Part shown: one piece after another, positions 48,636 to 60,894 of the stretch | How the letters are laid out: every line of letters begins with the position of its first letter | Numbering within the stretch: position 1 is the stretch's first letter | Source: Somniosus microcephalus | Lineage: Eukaryota | Length of the DNA stretch: 64,000 nt | Assembly (NCBI GenBank): GCA_052327205.1 | Contig: CM126208.1 | Coordinates: forward strand, 96,658,001 to 96,722,000 | Direction of reading: 5' to 3' | Translations under genes and position numbers: made by a program | Notes under the pieces: generated by a model | Databases searched by the model: none | What the model saw: only the letters and a program-made list of their open reading frames with translations | What the model was told of the DNA's origin: nothing

Positions 48636-49270
48636 GCAAGTACTGTATTACCTTTCATAAACAGCATAACCTTTCTATTGATTGTGGCCTGGCTATGAGT
48701 AAATTAATCTTTAGAGTCTAAACAAATGCACAAAAAGCATACGTCAGCTTAGTTAAAACTAAAAATACAATAACAAATTGTACATTCCTAGTTGTAGTAG
48801 AACAGGAAATTATTAGAATTTTGTGGATATTGTTTTCGTATGTGCTGATCCCTGGTCTAAGGGTGAGGCCAGACACACCCTTTTTGTTCAGGCCTTTTTC
48901 TAAAGCAACTGTAATTAGCTACTGGTAGGTTTATGACATAAGTGCAGTTTAACACTTTCCTACCATTTTGGAGGAACACTTCATCTGTCCTGGCTGCAAT
49001 CCTTAATTCACTGCATGGATAGTTGAGGATAATCTTTCATGTAATACTCAGCAGCACAAAACATCAACACCTGCATAGCCTATTTGGTGGTTCTTTTTGC
49101 AGTTATTATTAAATTGCACAGTATGGACATGATATATTTGTTGCAGGGATAGGTGACAATATCTTACTGGTTTTGAATGGGCAGGAAAATTATTAACTCA
49201 GCCATCATTGCTGTTGCCTTTTGTCTGTCTTGAATTAAACTTTTTTTAAATCAGAAAAACTATTTAAAGC

Positions 49271-49375
49271 GTTTCCTACATTACAACAGTACAAAAAGTA
49301 CTTCATTGGCTGTAAAGCACTTTGGGACATCCGGTGGTCGTGAAAGGCACTATATAAATACAAGTCTTTCTTTCA
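49271..49375 (+). mobile_element. Deu-type SINE 3' fragment at or within ZFAND1 exon 6
   Basis: Same tail as 20800-20910; flanked by AAAGC on both sides. Confidence 0.8.
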
Positions 49376-49379
49376 AAAG

Positions 49380-49498
49380 CCACTAATGCAGTCCCACTGA
49401 AGAAAGGAAGAAAAGGAGCAAAGAACAATGCAACTGCTGCAAAAGTGGCACTTATGAAGTTGAAGCTACATGCTGTTGGAGACAAGTCCATACCACAG
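49380..49498 (+). CDS. ZFAND1: ZFAND1 exon 6 (acceptor uncertain: 49380, alternatively 49392)
   Basis: Encodes ATNAVPLKKGRKGAKNNATAAKVALMKLKLHAVGDKSIPQ, donor |gttaat. The acceptor follows a SINE tail: tctttctttcaaaag|CC. Confidence 0.85.
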
Positions 49499-50164
49499 GT
49501 TAATGTCAGTCTATTTAAGGTGAAATCTTCATTGAAGTTTCCCTGACGGGGATAGTGCATATTGTGATAAGTTTCCTATTTTTTAAAATGATGTCTCTAG
49601 GCTGATTTTTAGTCTCTCTCATGCCCTCGAAACATGTGCAGACAGAGTGTAAAAATAGGCAGAGATCAGTCCCAGTAGGTCTCTGACCATTCTGTATGCT
49701 GATTGCATTCTTGTGTGGGTTGGGCAGGTAGCAGAAGTTCCTGCCAAAAATAGGTGTGAGTTTCATAATATTTAAATGAGCAGGGAAGTGGTATCATTTA
49801 GATGTTGTGATTTAGCATAGTTTACAACATGAGTACACTTGTTTCTCCTCATGCCCATATAACTTCATCATCCAAGACATACCATTTGTGTGTCAAAGCA
49901 TTTCAAGGGGCAACAGGTGCATTCTGAATGTTATTTTATTAACCCGTTATTCAAAATAAATTTCTATTACAATTCTCTGCTGTATATGAAAGGAGTTTGT
50001 AGGAGGGATTTTGATGACTCTGGTTTTGAACAATTCCTGAACCGTTGGATAGCTGTCCATGTAGGAATTCACCTTTATTTGACTTACTTGGAGAAAGAGG
50101 AAGAATGCTAGGATTGTAAGCAATACCATGCACAGATGCACCCTTGTGCTCCCAACTGAGTATA

Positions 50165-50872
50165 CAGGTAAAGCGATTTACTTGTACTTCTTGCAATCTA
50201 GTATACTGTATTCGCTGCTCACGATGTGGTCTCCTCTACATTGGGGAGACCAAACGCAGATTGGGTGACTGCTTTGCGGAACACCTCCATTCAGTCCGTA
50301 AGGGGGACCCCAAGCTCCCGGTGGCCTGTCTCTTTAATTCACTGCTCCACTCCCACTCACACCTCACCGTCCTCGGCCTCTTGCATTGTTCCACGGAAGC
50401 TCAGCGTAAGCTCAAGGAGCAGCACCTCATCTTTCGATTAGGCACTCTACAGCCCTCTGGGCTCAACATAGAATTCAACAATTTCAGATCATAACCTCGG
50501 CCCCTATCACATATATATTTTCTTTTTTTATCCACACTTTTGTTTTTTCTTTCCTCCCTTCAGCTGTCCTTCATTCTGCCAGCGCAATTCACACCCCATC
50601 TAGAGCCATCCTTTGTTCCTTAACCTGTCCCATTTCCACCTCCCCTTGCCTTGAATATCTCTTAATGTCTCTTAATCTCTCCTGCTTTCTATCCTATCAC
50701 TGACCTTCCCTTTTGTTCTTTCATCCCCTCCCCCTTTTCCCAGCCCCAAAACTTGCTTTCCATTTCCTGCTTTTTTCCCAGTTCTGACGAAAGGTCATCG
50801 AGCTGAAACGTTAACTCTGTTTCTCTCTCCACCAATGCTGCCTGGCCTGCTGAGTTTTTCCAGCGTTTCCTG
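50165..50872 (+). mobile_element. Penelope-like element 3' part (GIY-YIG endonuclease plus pLTR/3' UTR)
   Basis: FTCTSCNLVYCIRCSRCGLLYIGETKRRL...EH...EQHLIFRLGTLQPSGLN is a PLE GIY-YIG domain; followed by a pyrimidine-rich UTR and a hammerhead motif. Confidence 0.9.
50780..50816 (+). ncRNA. Minimal type I hammerhead ribozyme motif of the Penelope element
   Basis: AGTT-CTGACGA-A-AGGTC(ATC)GAGCT-GAAA-CG-TT-AACT; stem II has one G-G mismatch. Confidence 0.7.
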
Positions 50873-51824
50873 TTATATACAGGTAAAGGCACTTGTCAGA
50901 GGTGTAATGCATGTGAAAGCAGTGTTTCGCTAAGGAAAGAGTAACAGTTATGTTGCATGTTGCAAAATGACCTGCAGACAACCTGCATGGCAGGGACCTG
51001 TTTGCTCTAAAGGCCACTGTAACCCAGAATCTTTTGGCCTCGGGCTCCTTCTAGGTTGCTACTGGGGACATTGATAACAGATGACGTGTGTGCTGTGCAC
51101 CAGAGTATAAAGTTTCATCACTTTCTTAATGGGTAGATGGAACCAACAAGAGGGCCATGGGTTTGCCCAAGTTGCACATTTTCCCCAAAGTCCAGGGTAT
51201 CGTAGATTGCACCAATTTTGAGCTGAGAGAACAATGGAGTGTGTAAGGTCAGGAAGTGATTAGGACACTAGTACTGAAATGTTCATTTATTTATTTTACT
51301 GTATTGTGAGTTTATTTACTTCGTTTTACCTATTTAATACTAGAAGCTGTTTAAACTTGTTTCCTTGATGTCTTAACTGTGGACAGGTTTAAGCTGGTAA
51401 CAAGTAATTGGTTACAGAAGAGGTGTGATTAGCTGTTCTCTAATTAATTGTTTTTCCTGTGGCAGTTGGGCTATTGTGTAAGTTAAGACAGTATAAATTT
51501 GAGCTGAGTAGCAGGAGATCGGTCTCAAGTTGCAAGAGGCCAGAATTCAGCCATAGATAGAGCTCAGTCTTCAAGTCGGTTGGACAGAAGTTTTCTTTTT
51601 ATATAATTTAATGTGTGTGACGTGAGTAAGCAGAGTATGATTCTTGACAGTTTGGTGTTAGTGGGAGTGCAGGCTAACACAATCTATATCTTTAAGTTAG
51701 ACACAGGGATGATAATGCAAGGAACCCTCATGGTGTGTGATGTGTGTACCATCATGAATTTGAACATAAGAAAAAGACATAAAAATGGACCAGCTGGTCC
51801 ATCTAGCCTGTCTCATTCAGTTCT

Positions 51825-52387
51825 ACATCCTGACTTGGAAATATATCGACATTCCTTCACTGTCGCTGTTCAAAATCCTGGAACTCCCTCCCTAGCAGCA
51901 CTTTTTTAAAAGTTTGTTCATGGGATGTGGGCATTTATTGCCCATCCCTAATTGAGAAGCTGGTGGTGAGCCGCCATTTCAGAGGGCAGTTAAGAGTCAA
52001 CCACATTGCTGTGGGTCTGGAGTCACATATAGGCCAGATTTCCTTTCCTAAAGGGCATTAGTGAACCAGATGGGTTTTTACAACAATCTGCTAGTTTCAT
52101 TACTGATTTAATTACTGATTACTGATACTAGCTTTTTATTTCAGATTCATTTAATTAACTGAATTTAAATTCCCCAGCTATCGTGGTGGGATTTGAACTC
52201 CAGACCTCTGGATTACTAGTCACATAACCACTATGCTACCGTACCCTACTGTGGGAGTACCTTCACCACACGGACTGCAGTGGTTCAAGAAGGCAGCTCA
52301 CCACCACCTTCTCGGGGGCAATTAGGGATGGGCAATAAATGCTGGCCTTGCCAGCAATGCCCACATACCGTGAATGAATAAAAAATA
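51825..52387 (+). mobile_element. CR1-group LINE 3' end with a nested antisense tRNA-SINE (51902-52247)
   Basis: Host reads tcaaaatcctggaactccctcc...cagca|ctgtgggagtacc...gggcaataaatgctggcc...aataaaaaa; the insert has an A/B-box head and the same tail reversed. Confidence 0.7.
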
Positions 52388-53089
52388 AGTCATGTTGCAA
52401 CTAAGCATCACAACCCTCAATGCTCCCCATCCACCAGCAGCCATGTAATCTCCTTGGCGATGCAAGAAAGAAAAGATTTTTAAAACCGTAAACCAAGTCG
52501 AGGAAAAAATAATTCTGTGAAATTCCTCTGAAACCCCTGAAGGCAAACAAAAATAAGTTCCAAGAAATAAGTGACCACGAGGTTAATCGCCCAAAATCCC
52601 ATCTACCCTTTTGTATGCAGCAATATCGGCTTCCTCCAAGAACTCGTTCAGCTTCCTTTTGAATATCTGCAGTGAATCTGCACAAGCCAACAACTTATTG
52701 CAATGGTCCATACCCTCCTATGAAAAGAAAAATCTCCTGACCGCTAACCTGGTTCTGTGTGTAACTTTTACACATATCCCCTTGTTCTCCCGAACTACAT
52801 GGACGTGATCTAGTCCTTTCATCATTTTACATGCTTCTATCAAATTTACACTTTTCTAGAGTAAAAAGAACCAGTAGATAGTTTAGATCCTCAGGCCAGA
52901 ACTTTCATGGCGTTTTAACCACTTAAATCTTTTGCAAATTAGGTCAACTTTACAAAAGTAATCCATTCAAGGATTTTATGGGTTCCTAGTTGTAAATCTG
53001 CAACACAAACCGGTGAAAGTTAAGCAGTTGATTTTCTCAAATGTACAAATGGCCACAAATCAGCACTGAATTGAAGTTGTTATTTGCAG

Positions 53090-53245
53090 AATGAGCGAGT
53101 ATATTTTCAAGTTTATTTGCCAAAAGGGAACAAAGAGAAAAGCAGATCGATGTTCTTCTGTTCCAAATGGAGTATTGGAAAAATGGTGGATAATGCAGCT
53201 TCACTGTTGAACCTTAGGAATGACAACAATATTTTGGCATCTAAG
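53090..53245 (+). CDS. ZFAND1: ZFAND1 exon 7 (156 nt)
   Basis: tttgcag|AAT ... AAG|gtaata; encodes NERVYFQVYLPKGNKEKSRSMFFCSKWSIGKMVDNAASLLNLRNDNNILASK (ubiquitin-like domain). Confidence 0.95.
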
Positions 53246-53496
53246 GTAATACTTGATAAAATAAGAAAGTTTTGCATTTACCTTCTGCATACATGTACCA
53301 TTGTTACCTTCATCGGTTTATGTCCATTATTTAGCCAGCATGTGATATATTAATCTGTTAGTGTTGATAAATCGGGTTTATCTTCAGTTTCAAATAGAAA
53401 ACTAACCATAAAAATTGGTGCAGTGGCTGGAGCACAAATATACTGTTGCAGAATGATGGAGTATGGATGACAGTCTCCTGTCCTGCTGAGCTCAAT

Positions 53497-53997
53497 ACCA
53501 ACAACTTGCATTTATATAGCACCTTTTTAATGTAGTAAAATGTTGCAAGGTGCTTCACAGGAGCGTTATCAGACAAACCTTGACACCGAGCCACATGAGA
53601 TATTAGGATAGGTGACCAAAAGCTTGGTCAAACAGGTAAGTTTTAAGGAGGAGAGAGAGGAGGAGATGTTTAGGGCCTTGGCAGCTGAAGGCACGACCAC
53701 CAATGAAGGGGCGAAGGAAATCGGGAAAGCACAAGGGCCAGTAGAGATCTCGTAGAACTGGGCAAAGGTTATGGAGGGGTGAGGCCATGGAGACATTTGA
53801 ACAGAAGGATGAGAATTTTACATTTGAGCCATTGCAGGACCGGGAGCCATTGTTGGTCAGTGAGCACAGGGGTGATGGGTGAACGGGACTTGGTGCAAGT
53901 TAGGATATGGGCAGCAGAGTTTTGGATGAAATGAAATTTGTGGAGGATGGAAAATGGGAGCCCGGCCAGGAGAACATTGGAATAATCGAGTCTAGAG
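53497..53997 (-). mobile_element. L2 LINE 3' fragment
   Basis: SRLDYSNVLLAGLP...IQNSAAHIL...SPITPVL. Confidence 0.85.
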
Positions 53998-54239
53998 TCT
54001 GAATAGTCTCCTTCCACCTGTGGGTGGTGCTGAAAAGAGAGTTTTTTTCCCTAAGCCCCTCTCGCTTGTTCTGGCAGCCAAATAAGAGTGGTATTGGCAG
54101 TGCCCTAGAACTAGGTTGCTTACCCTGTTCTCTTAGAGGGGAAAAATGAGGTTAACACAAAGGTAAATAAATGTTTAAAAAAACAAATATTGGTTTGATG
54201 AAACAATGTATGCAATGTTCCTATTATTTTAAAGTCAAA

Positions 54240-54950
54240 TAGGATGAACAGTGGAGAAAGTGGATCCTGCAAAGGATTTTCAAAATGATTTAGAACAGTT
54301 ATGCCATTGGGCAGATGAATGGTAAATAAAACTTAACATTGATAAATATAAAGTATTCATAGATTTTTTTTTAAAAAGATGGAACAAGGGTATACAATGA
54401 ATGGGATTGAATTAGCACGTGGCGAGTTGGGAAGAGACCTGAAACAGTAGTAGACACACCATTTTCCATAGGATTACAACACCGTAGAATACAAGTGTAC
54501 AGAAGTTATGCTATTGCTTTACAAAAAATAAATGTTTGCAGAAGAAAGGGTGCAGAAAAGAGCAAGACTGATCCCAGGTGCCAAGGGGTTGAGAGCTAAG
54601 CAGATAGATTAGTGAAACTAAAGTGCTGTAGTTTAGAAAGAGGTTGATTAAGGGGGAACACTCAAAAATGTATAAAATATTAGCGTATATAAGGTAAACA
54701 TTACTTCAAAGTATACCAAGAAAGTAGGATTGGAGGACATAATGGAAATTACAGTAGTGAAAAGTAAATTTACAACAGCTATCAAGCAAACCATTTTTGC
54801 TTGGAGTGGAACTGTTTTGGAATAATCAAGCAAAGTGATAAAATCAAAAATATTGAGGCATTTTTATGACTGCTATTATGAGACAGGTAATATACTGTAG
54901 GGACAAGCTTTCAGTGGGATGAATGACTTTTTGCATCCCTACCTCTTAAT
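54240..54950 (+). mobile_element. Highly degenerate CR1 fragment
   Basis: tgggcagatgaatgg...gggtgcagaaaagagc...tagtttagaaagagg-type motifs. Confidence 0.55.
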
Positions 54951-54973
54951 GCTCTTTTTCTTTTATTCCCCAG

Positions 54974-55144
54974 AAACTGAGACTGTGTCATAGTGAATCA
55001 GGAAGTGTATTGCCCATGGGCCATACTTTGGAATTGTGGATAACAAGTACTGACTGCCCACTGAACAATGGAGGAACGATTATCCTTGAATATTTAGACA
55101 ATGATTGTGTAACATTAGAAAGCACAAACTCATACATGGAATGA
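54974..55144 (+). CDS. ZFAND1: ZFAND1 exon 8 (terminal, to TGA)
   Basis: ttccccag|AAA; encodes KLRLCHSESGSVLPMGHTLELWITSTDCPLNNGGTIILEYLDNDCVTLESTNSYME*. Total CDS 804 nt. Confidence 0.95.
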   Translation, partial: KLRLCHSESGSVLPMGHTLELWITSTDCPLNNGGTIILEYLDNDCVTLESTNSYME

Positions 55145-55305
55145 CAGTTACTAAAATGAACAAAACCTAATTACTTTTATTTTAATAGGAAAATACTCTG
55201 AAGAAAATTAGTTCTGTTGATATGTACATTTGATGTATTATAATCTTGTCAGAAAACAGTGTGTAAATAGTATATCCTTGTTATATTACCAAACTTTGTC
55301 TTTTA

Positions 55306-55311
55306 ATTAAA
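55306..55311 (+). terminator. Candidate ZFAND1 polyadenylation signal (ATTAAA)
   Basis: ATTAAA about 160 nt after the stop codon, with T-rich sequence downstream. Use is not verifiable from sequence. Confidence 0.35.
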
Positions 55312-55756
55312 ATTTAATTTGGAAGCCTTAAAAATCTGTACAATGCCATTGTTACCTACTTTAAAGGTGACTATTTAGCTGAAGTTGAACTGACCATATT
55401 TAGAATTGAAAATGTATTTTCAAAAATTATCTCTTCTGTCTCTGTTCTTTTTGCCTTTACTTTCGTCTACTTTTTTAAAGTTTTAGTTTTAGTTTGCCTC
55501 CTGTGCTATGGGGTATAGTAAACTAGTGATAGTACTGGACAAGCAACCCAGAGGTCATGAGTTTAAATCCTACCAAGTTCTGAAACTGATATCAATAAAT
55601 CTGGTAATTTGTGGTCTGGCACCAGGAAAATGACCATGAATTAGTGAACCAGTTTGGTTTTTACAAATTTCCTTCAGGGAAGCAAACCTGCACCCCTACC
55701 TGGTCTGACATGCATGCGATTCTAGTCCTACACTGTGAGGTTGACTCTTAATGCCC

Positions 55757-56443
55757 TTGGTGTCCTATTTGACCCTGAAATAAGCTTCTGACCACATATC
55801 TGTGCCATGACAAAGGTCGCCTATTTCCACTTTCGTAACATTGTCTGACTCCAACCCTGCCTCAGCTCATCCGCTGCTAAACCCTCATCCATGCCTTTGT
55901 TACCTCTAGACTTAACTATTCCAACGCACTCCTGGTTGGCCTCCCACGTTCTACCCTACGTTAACTTGAGGTCATCCAAAACTCTGCTGCCCGTGTCCTA
56001 ACTCTCACCAAGTCCCGTTCACCCGCTACCCCTGTGCTCGCTGACCTACATTGGCTCCCCGTTAAGCAATGCCTCGAATTTAAAATTCTGATCCTTGTTT
56101 TCAAATCCCTCCATGGCCTTGCCCCTCCCTATCTCTGTAATCTCCTCCAGCCCCACAACCCTCAGATATCTGCACTCTAATTCTGGCCTCTTGAGTATCC
56201 CTGATTTTAATCGCTCAACCGTTGGTGGCCGTGCCTTCAGCTGTCAAGGCCCTAAACCTCTCCGTCTCTACCTCTCTTTCCTCCTTTAAGACGCTCCTTA
56301 AAAGCTACCTCTTTGAACAAGCTTTTGGTATCTGCCCTAATTTCTCCTTATGTGGCTCGGTGTCAAATTTTGTTTGATGACGCTTCTGTGAAGTGCCTTG
56401 GGACGTTTTACTATGTTAAAGGTGCTATATAACATGTTGTTAT
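55757..56443 (+). mobile_element. L2 LINE 3' fragment inserted in a tRNA-SINE (about 55505-55756 and 56444-56510)
   Basis: LIHAFVTSRLNYSNALLVGLP...IQNSAARVL...LHWLPV; (TTG)-type tail. Confidence 0.85.
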
Positions 56444-56839
56444 TGGGGGCAACTAGAGAATAAATAAATACTGCCTTTTCCACATCCCAAGAACAAATTT
56501 TAAAAAAAGTTTTCCATCATGAGCTGAGAGTAGCTAAACTGTCTGAACCAGCTACCAATAAACATGAGAGTGTATAAAAAGTGTATGTTGGAAAAAATGC
56601 CCTATATTTCAATGCTATACTAATTCTATCACCCAGTTTTATATGTTAATTTGGTGCACTCTATTCCACCAGACACTAAGCTAGATTACTTTTCTGTGTT
56701 AATCAGTGGTATTCACTCAGTGTAGATCTCAAATTTTCTGACCTCCAAAGATTTCTTGATTTTTACAAATATGAAAATGGCAACAAAATAAGGTTAAGTT
56801 TTCTTTGACTTACTGTAGATTCTGATTACTATAAACAAT

Positions 56840-57270
56840 GTCAGCTAGGCTGCATTGGTAGCATTCTCACCTCTTGAGTTAGAAGCTTGCGAGTTCAAAC
56901 ACACTCCATGACTTGAGCACACTTCAGTGCAATACTGAAGAGCATTCTGCATTGTCAAAGGTGTGCTCTTTCAGGCAAGATGTTAAACCAAAGTCCCATC
57001 TGCCTGTGCCTCTAGTTCAGATGGACATTAAAGACTATGGCACTATTCAAAGAGTAGAGGGTTCTTCAGTTGTTCTGGAAAGCCTTCCTTAACCAACACC
57101 ACCAAAAACTGATTTGTCATTTACTGTTTGTGGGACATAACTGCACAAATTGGTAGCCATGTTTAGTGACATAGCAACAAATGCTCTTCAACAGTAACTC
57201 GCTGATTCTGAAATGCTTCGGACATCTTGAGAATGTGATAGGGTGCTATATAAGCGCAAGTTCTATCTTT
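56840..57270 (+). mobile_element. Deu-type tRNA SINE, degenerate
   Basis: Head ggtagcattctcacctc..gagt.agaag.ttg..gttcaa; Deu-like body; tail gctatataagcgcaagtt. Confidence 0.65.
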
Positions 57271-58302
57271 GTCAAATAATTATCAAAAAATATCTAGCAA
57301 AATAGAAGAAATAATCTGTTGAGAAATATATTCTTAATTTGTTATGCTGCTATCGTAGCATTATCGGGCCTGCTACTTGGAGTAACATATTTAAGAACAT
57401 CTTTTTGAATTGAAAGCGGAGTAAACTAGAGTTGATCTTCAAATTTCTAAATGGCATTTATTTTATAGCAACTTGGACTTTTCAAATATCACAGTATTTA
57501 CCTGGAGTGAGCATAGAGGGTTGCCAGAATGTAATTAATGTTGACTGAAAATTTAATTAGCTCTGATTATGTTTGGAAATAACAAACATCTCTCATAAAT
57601 TATTATTAGTGATTTATAGAAAATTAAACTCGTGAATGATTTAAAACTGCCATCACTAGGTTTTCCCCCACAAGACATTTGAACACTCTTGCACATTCTT
57701 AAAATCATGGAATATGATTAAATTTTTTACAGATACATTTTGTCTTTGTACAGTTTACTTGCAGAGTTGGATATAATGTCATAGGTACCTCAGCACTGGT
57801 TACACTGATATAGTTGAGGTCATTGAAATAATCATTACTAAAAGTTTAATGCAAACAAGACACTAAAAACATGAACAACACTGAATTCTAGTAATCATTT
57901 GAATGGAAGTTTTTATATGTAAACTGATGACAGTTGGGAGCGAGGCTTTAGAAACTCACTCCACTGTGCCACCTACTAGGCAGAGCTTGTTTACCTAAGC
58001 AATTTCAATGTTAACATAAAAGCTGACCAAAAACCATGACAACAGGAAGTTGGACAGAAATATATCAATTTTCTGTGGCATTACTTACTGGAGTTAAGAC
58101 TAGATGAAGCCTTCAGGTGGAGTGGGGTTTAATTAGATCAGGATGTACAGACACAATTCAGTCCCCATTTTCATGGAAGGAGGCCATTCAGCCCAGGGGC
58201 GGGAAAATTGTGAGAAGTTTGTATAGACAGTTCAATTATAAATGTGGATATAATGGAAAATTTGACAGGAACCACAGCAGATGTAAGATTTTTAATGTAT
58301 AG

Positions 58303-58659
58303 ATAGCTTGGCCCAGTAGTAGCACTTTTGCCTCTGAGACAGAAAACTGGGTTCAAGCCACATTCCAGGATTTGAGAACATAATCTAGGCTGACACTTCA
58401 TTGCAGTATTGAGGGAGCAATGTATTGACAGAAGTGCTGTCTTCCTGATGTGATACTAAACTGAGGTAGTATCTGCTTGTTCAGGTGTATGTAAAAGATC
58501 CCATGACACTAAAGCAGAAAGGAGAGTAGACCTGACCAACATTTATCTTTTAACCAAAACCACTAAATATTAGCTGGTCATTTATATCATTGCTGTTTGT
58601 GGGAACTTGCTGTGTGCAAATAGGCTGTTGTGCTTGCCTACATTACAACAGTGACTACA
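58303..58659 (+). mobile_element. Deu-type tRNA SINE
   Basis: Collinear with the other copies; truncated where the LINE begins. Confidence 0.7.
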
Positions 58660-60618
58660 GAGGCCTGGACTAACAATCAGACTTGAGTTCAAATCCCACT
58701 TTGAATGAACTTGGTTAATTAAATAAATCTGGAATAAAAAGCTAGTATCAGTAATGGTGACCATGGAGCTATCGGATTGTCGTAAAAAACCAACTGCTTC
58801 ACTAATGTCCTTTAAGGAAGAAAACTTGACGTTCTTACCCGGTCTGGCCTATATGTGACTCCAGACCCACAGCAACATCATTGACTCTTAATTGCCCTCT
58901 GAAATGGCATAGCAAGCCACTCAGTTATATCAAATTGCTACAAAAAAGCATAAGAATAAAACTGGATGGACCACTTGATATTGACCTAGGCATCGGACTT
59001 GGACACGACAAATGCATGCCCAGCCCAGTCGACCCTGCAAAGTCCTCCTCATTAACATCTGGGGACTTGTGCCAAAATTGGGAGAGCTGTTCCACAGACT
59101 AGTCAAGCAACAGCCTGACATAGTCATACTCTGAATCATACCTATCAGCCAACATCCCAGACTTCTCTCACCATCCTTGGGTATGTTCTGTCCCACTGGC
59201 TGGACAGACCCACCAGAGGTGGCGGCACAGTGCTTTACAGTTGGGAGGGAGTGGCCTTGGGAGTCCTCAACATTGACTCCTGACCCCATGAAGTCTCATG
59301 GCATCAGGTCAAACATGGGCAAGGAAATCTACTGATTACCACCTACCACCATCCCTCAGTACTCTTCCATGTTGAACACCACTTAGAAGAAGCACTGAGG
59401 GTAGCAAGGGCACAGAACGTACTCTGGGTGGGGGACTTCAATGTCCATCACCAAGTGTGGCTCGGTAGCACCACTACTGACCGAGCTGGCCGAGTCCTGA
59501 AAGACATAACTGCCAAACTGGGCTTGCGGCAGGTGGTGAGAGAACCAACACGAGGGGAAAACCAACTTGACCTCGTCCTCACCAATCTACCTGTGCAGGT
59601 GCATCTGTCCATGACGGTATTGGTAGGAGTGACCACTGCGCCGTCCTTGTGGAGATGACATCCCATCTTCACACTGAGGACACCCTCCATCGTGTTGTGT
59701 GGTACCACCACCGTACTAAATGGGATAGATTCAGAACAGATCTAGCAGCTCAAAACTGAGCATCCATGAGGCGCTGTGGGCCATCAGCAGCAGCAGAATT
59801 GTATTCCACCACAATTTGAAACCTCATGGCCCAGCATATCCCTCACTCTACCATTACCATTAAGCCAGGGGACCAACCCTAGTTCAATGAGGAGTGTAGA
59901 AGAGCATGCCAGGAGCAGCACCAGGGATACCTAAAAATGATGTGCTAACCTGGTGAAGCTACAACACAGGACTATATGCATGCTGAAAAGCAGAAGCAGC
60001 ATGCTATAGACAGAACTAAGCGATCCCACAACCAAAGGATCAGATCAAAGCTCTGCAGTTCTGTCACATCCAGTCGTGATTCTTGTGATTGGTGGTGGAC
60101 AATTAAGTAACTAACGGGAGGAGGTGGCTGCATGAACATCCCCATCCTCAATGATGGAGGAGCCCATCACGTGAGTGCAAAAGACAAAGCTGAAGCATTC
60201 GCAACCAACTTCAGCCAAAAGTGCCAAGTGAATGATTAATCTCGGCCTCCTCCTGAGGTCCCCACCATCACAGAAGCCAGTCTTCAGCTAATTTGATTCA
60301 CTCCACATGATATCAAGAAATGGCTGAGCGCACTGGATACAGTAAAGGCTTTGGGCCCCGACAACATACGGGCTGTAGTGCTGAAGACTTGTGCTCCAGA
60401 ACTAGCTGCCCTACTAGCCAATTGTTCCAGTACAGCTGCAACACTGGCATTTACCTGACAAAGTGGAAAATTGCCCAGCTGTGTCTTGTCCACAAAAAGC
60501 AGGCCAAATCCAACCCAGCCAATTACCACCCCATCAGCCTTCTCTCAATTATCAGCAAAGTGACGGAAGGAATCGTCGACAGTGATATCAAGTGGCACTT
60601 ACTCACCAATAACCTGCT
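58660..60618 (+). mobile_element. CR1-group LINE 5' portion (SINE-like leader, APE endonuclease, start of RT); many stops
   Basis: GDFNVHHQVWLGS...EPTRGENQLDLVLTN; KWKIAQLCLVHKKQAKSNPANYHPISLLSIISKVTE. Confidence 0.85.
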
Positions 60619-60894
60619 TGATTTTAGAGTCACATTATTGTACAAGCAGTTTAATTCATACTCACATCACAGTTATGGTTGTCTAACCATTTAGGCAATG
60701 TGAGGGCTTTGAACTACATAATGTGGCGGGTGATAATAGTTGGAATAACCAAATCTGTTAGTATTTTCATTGCAAGTGAAGAGCATGCAATTTGATTAAT
60801 GATGTGACTGTTTCTTTTTACTTTCTAATAACTTAGTCCTGGAAATCAAAGTTGTAGTTATCTTAATAACGTAATTACGAGTCTCCCAAGCAGT

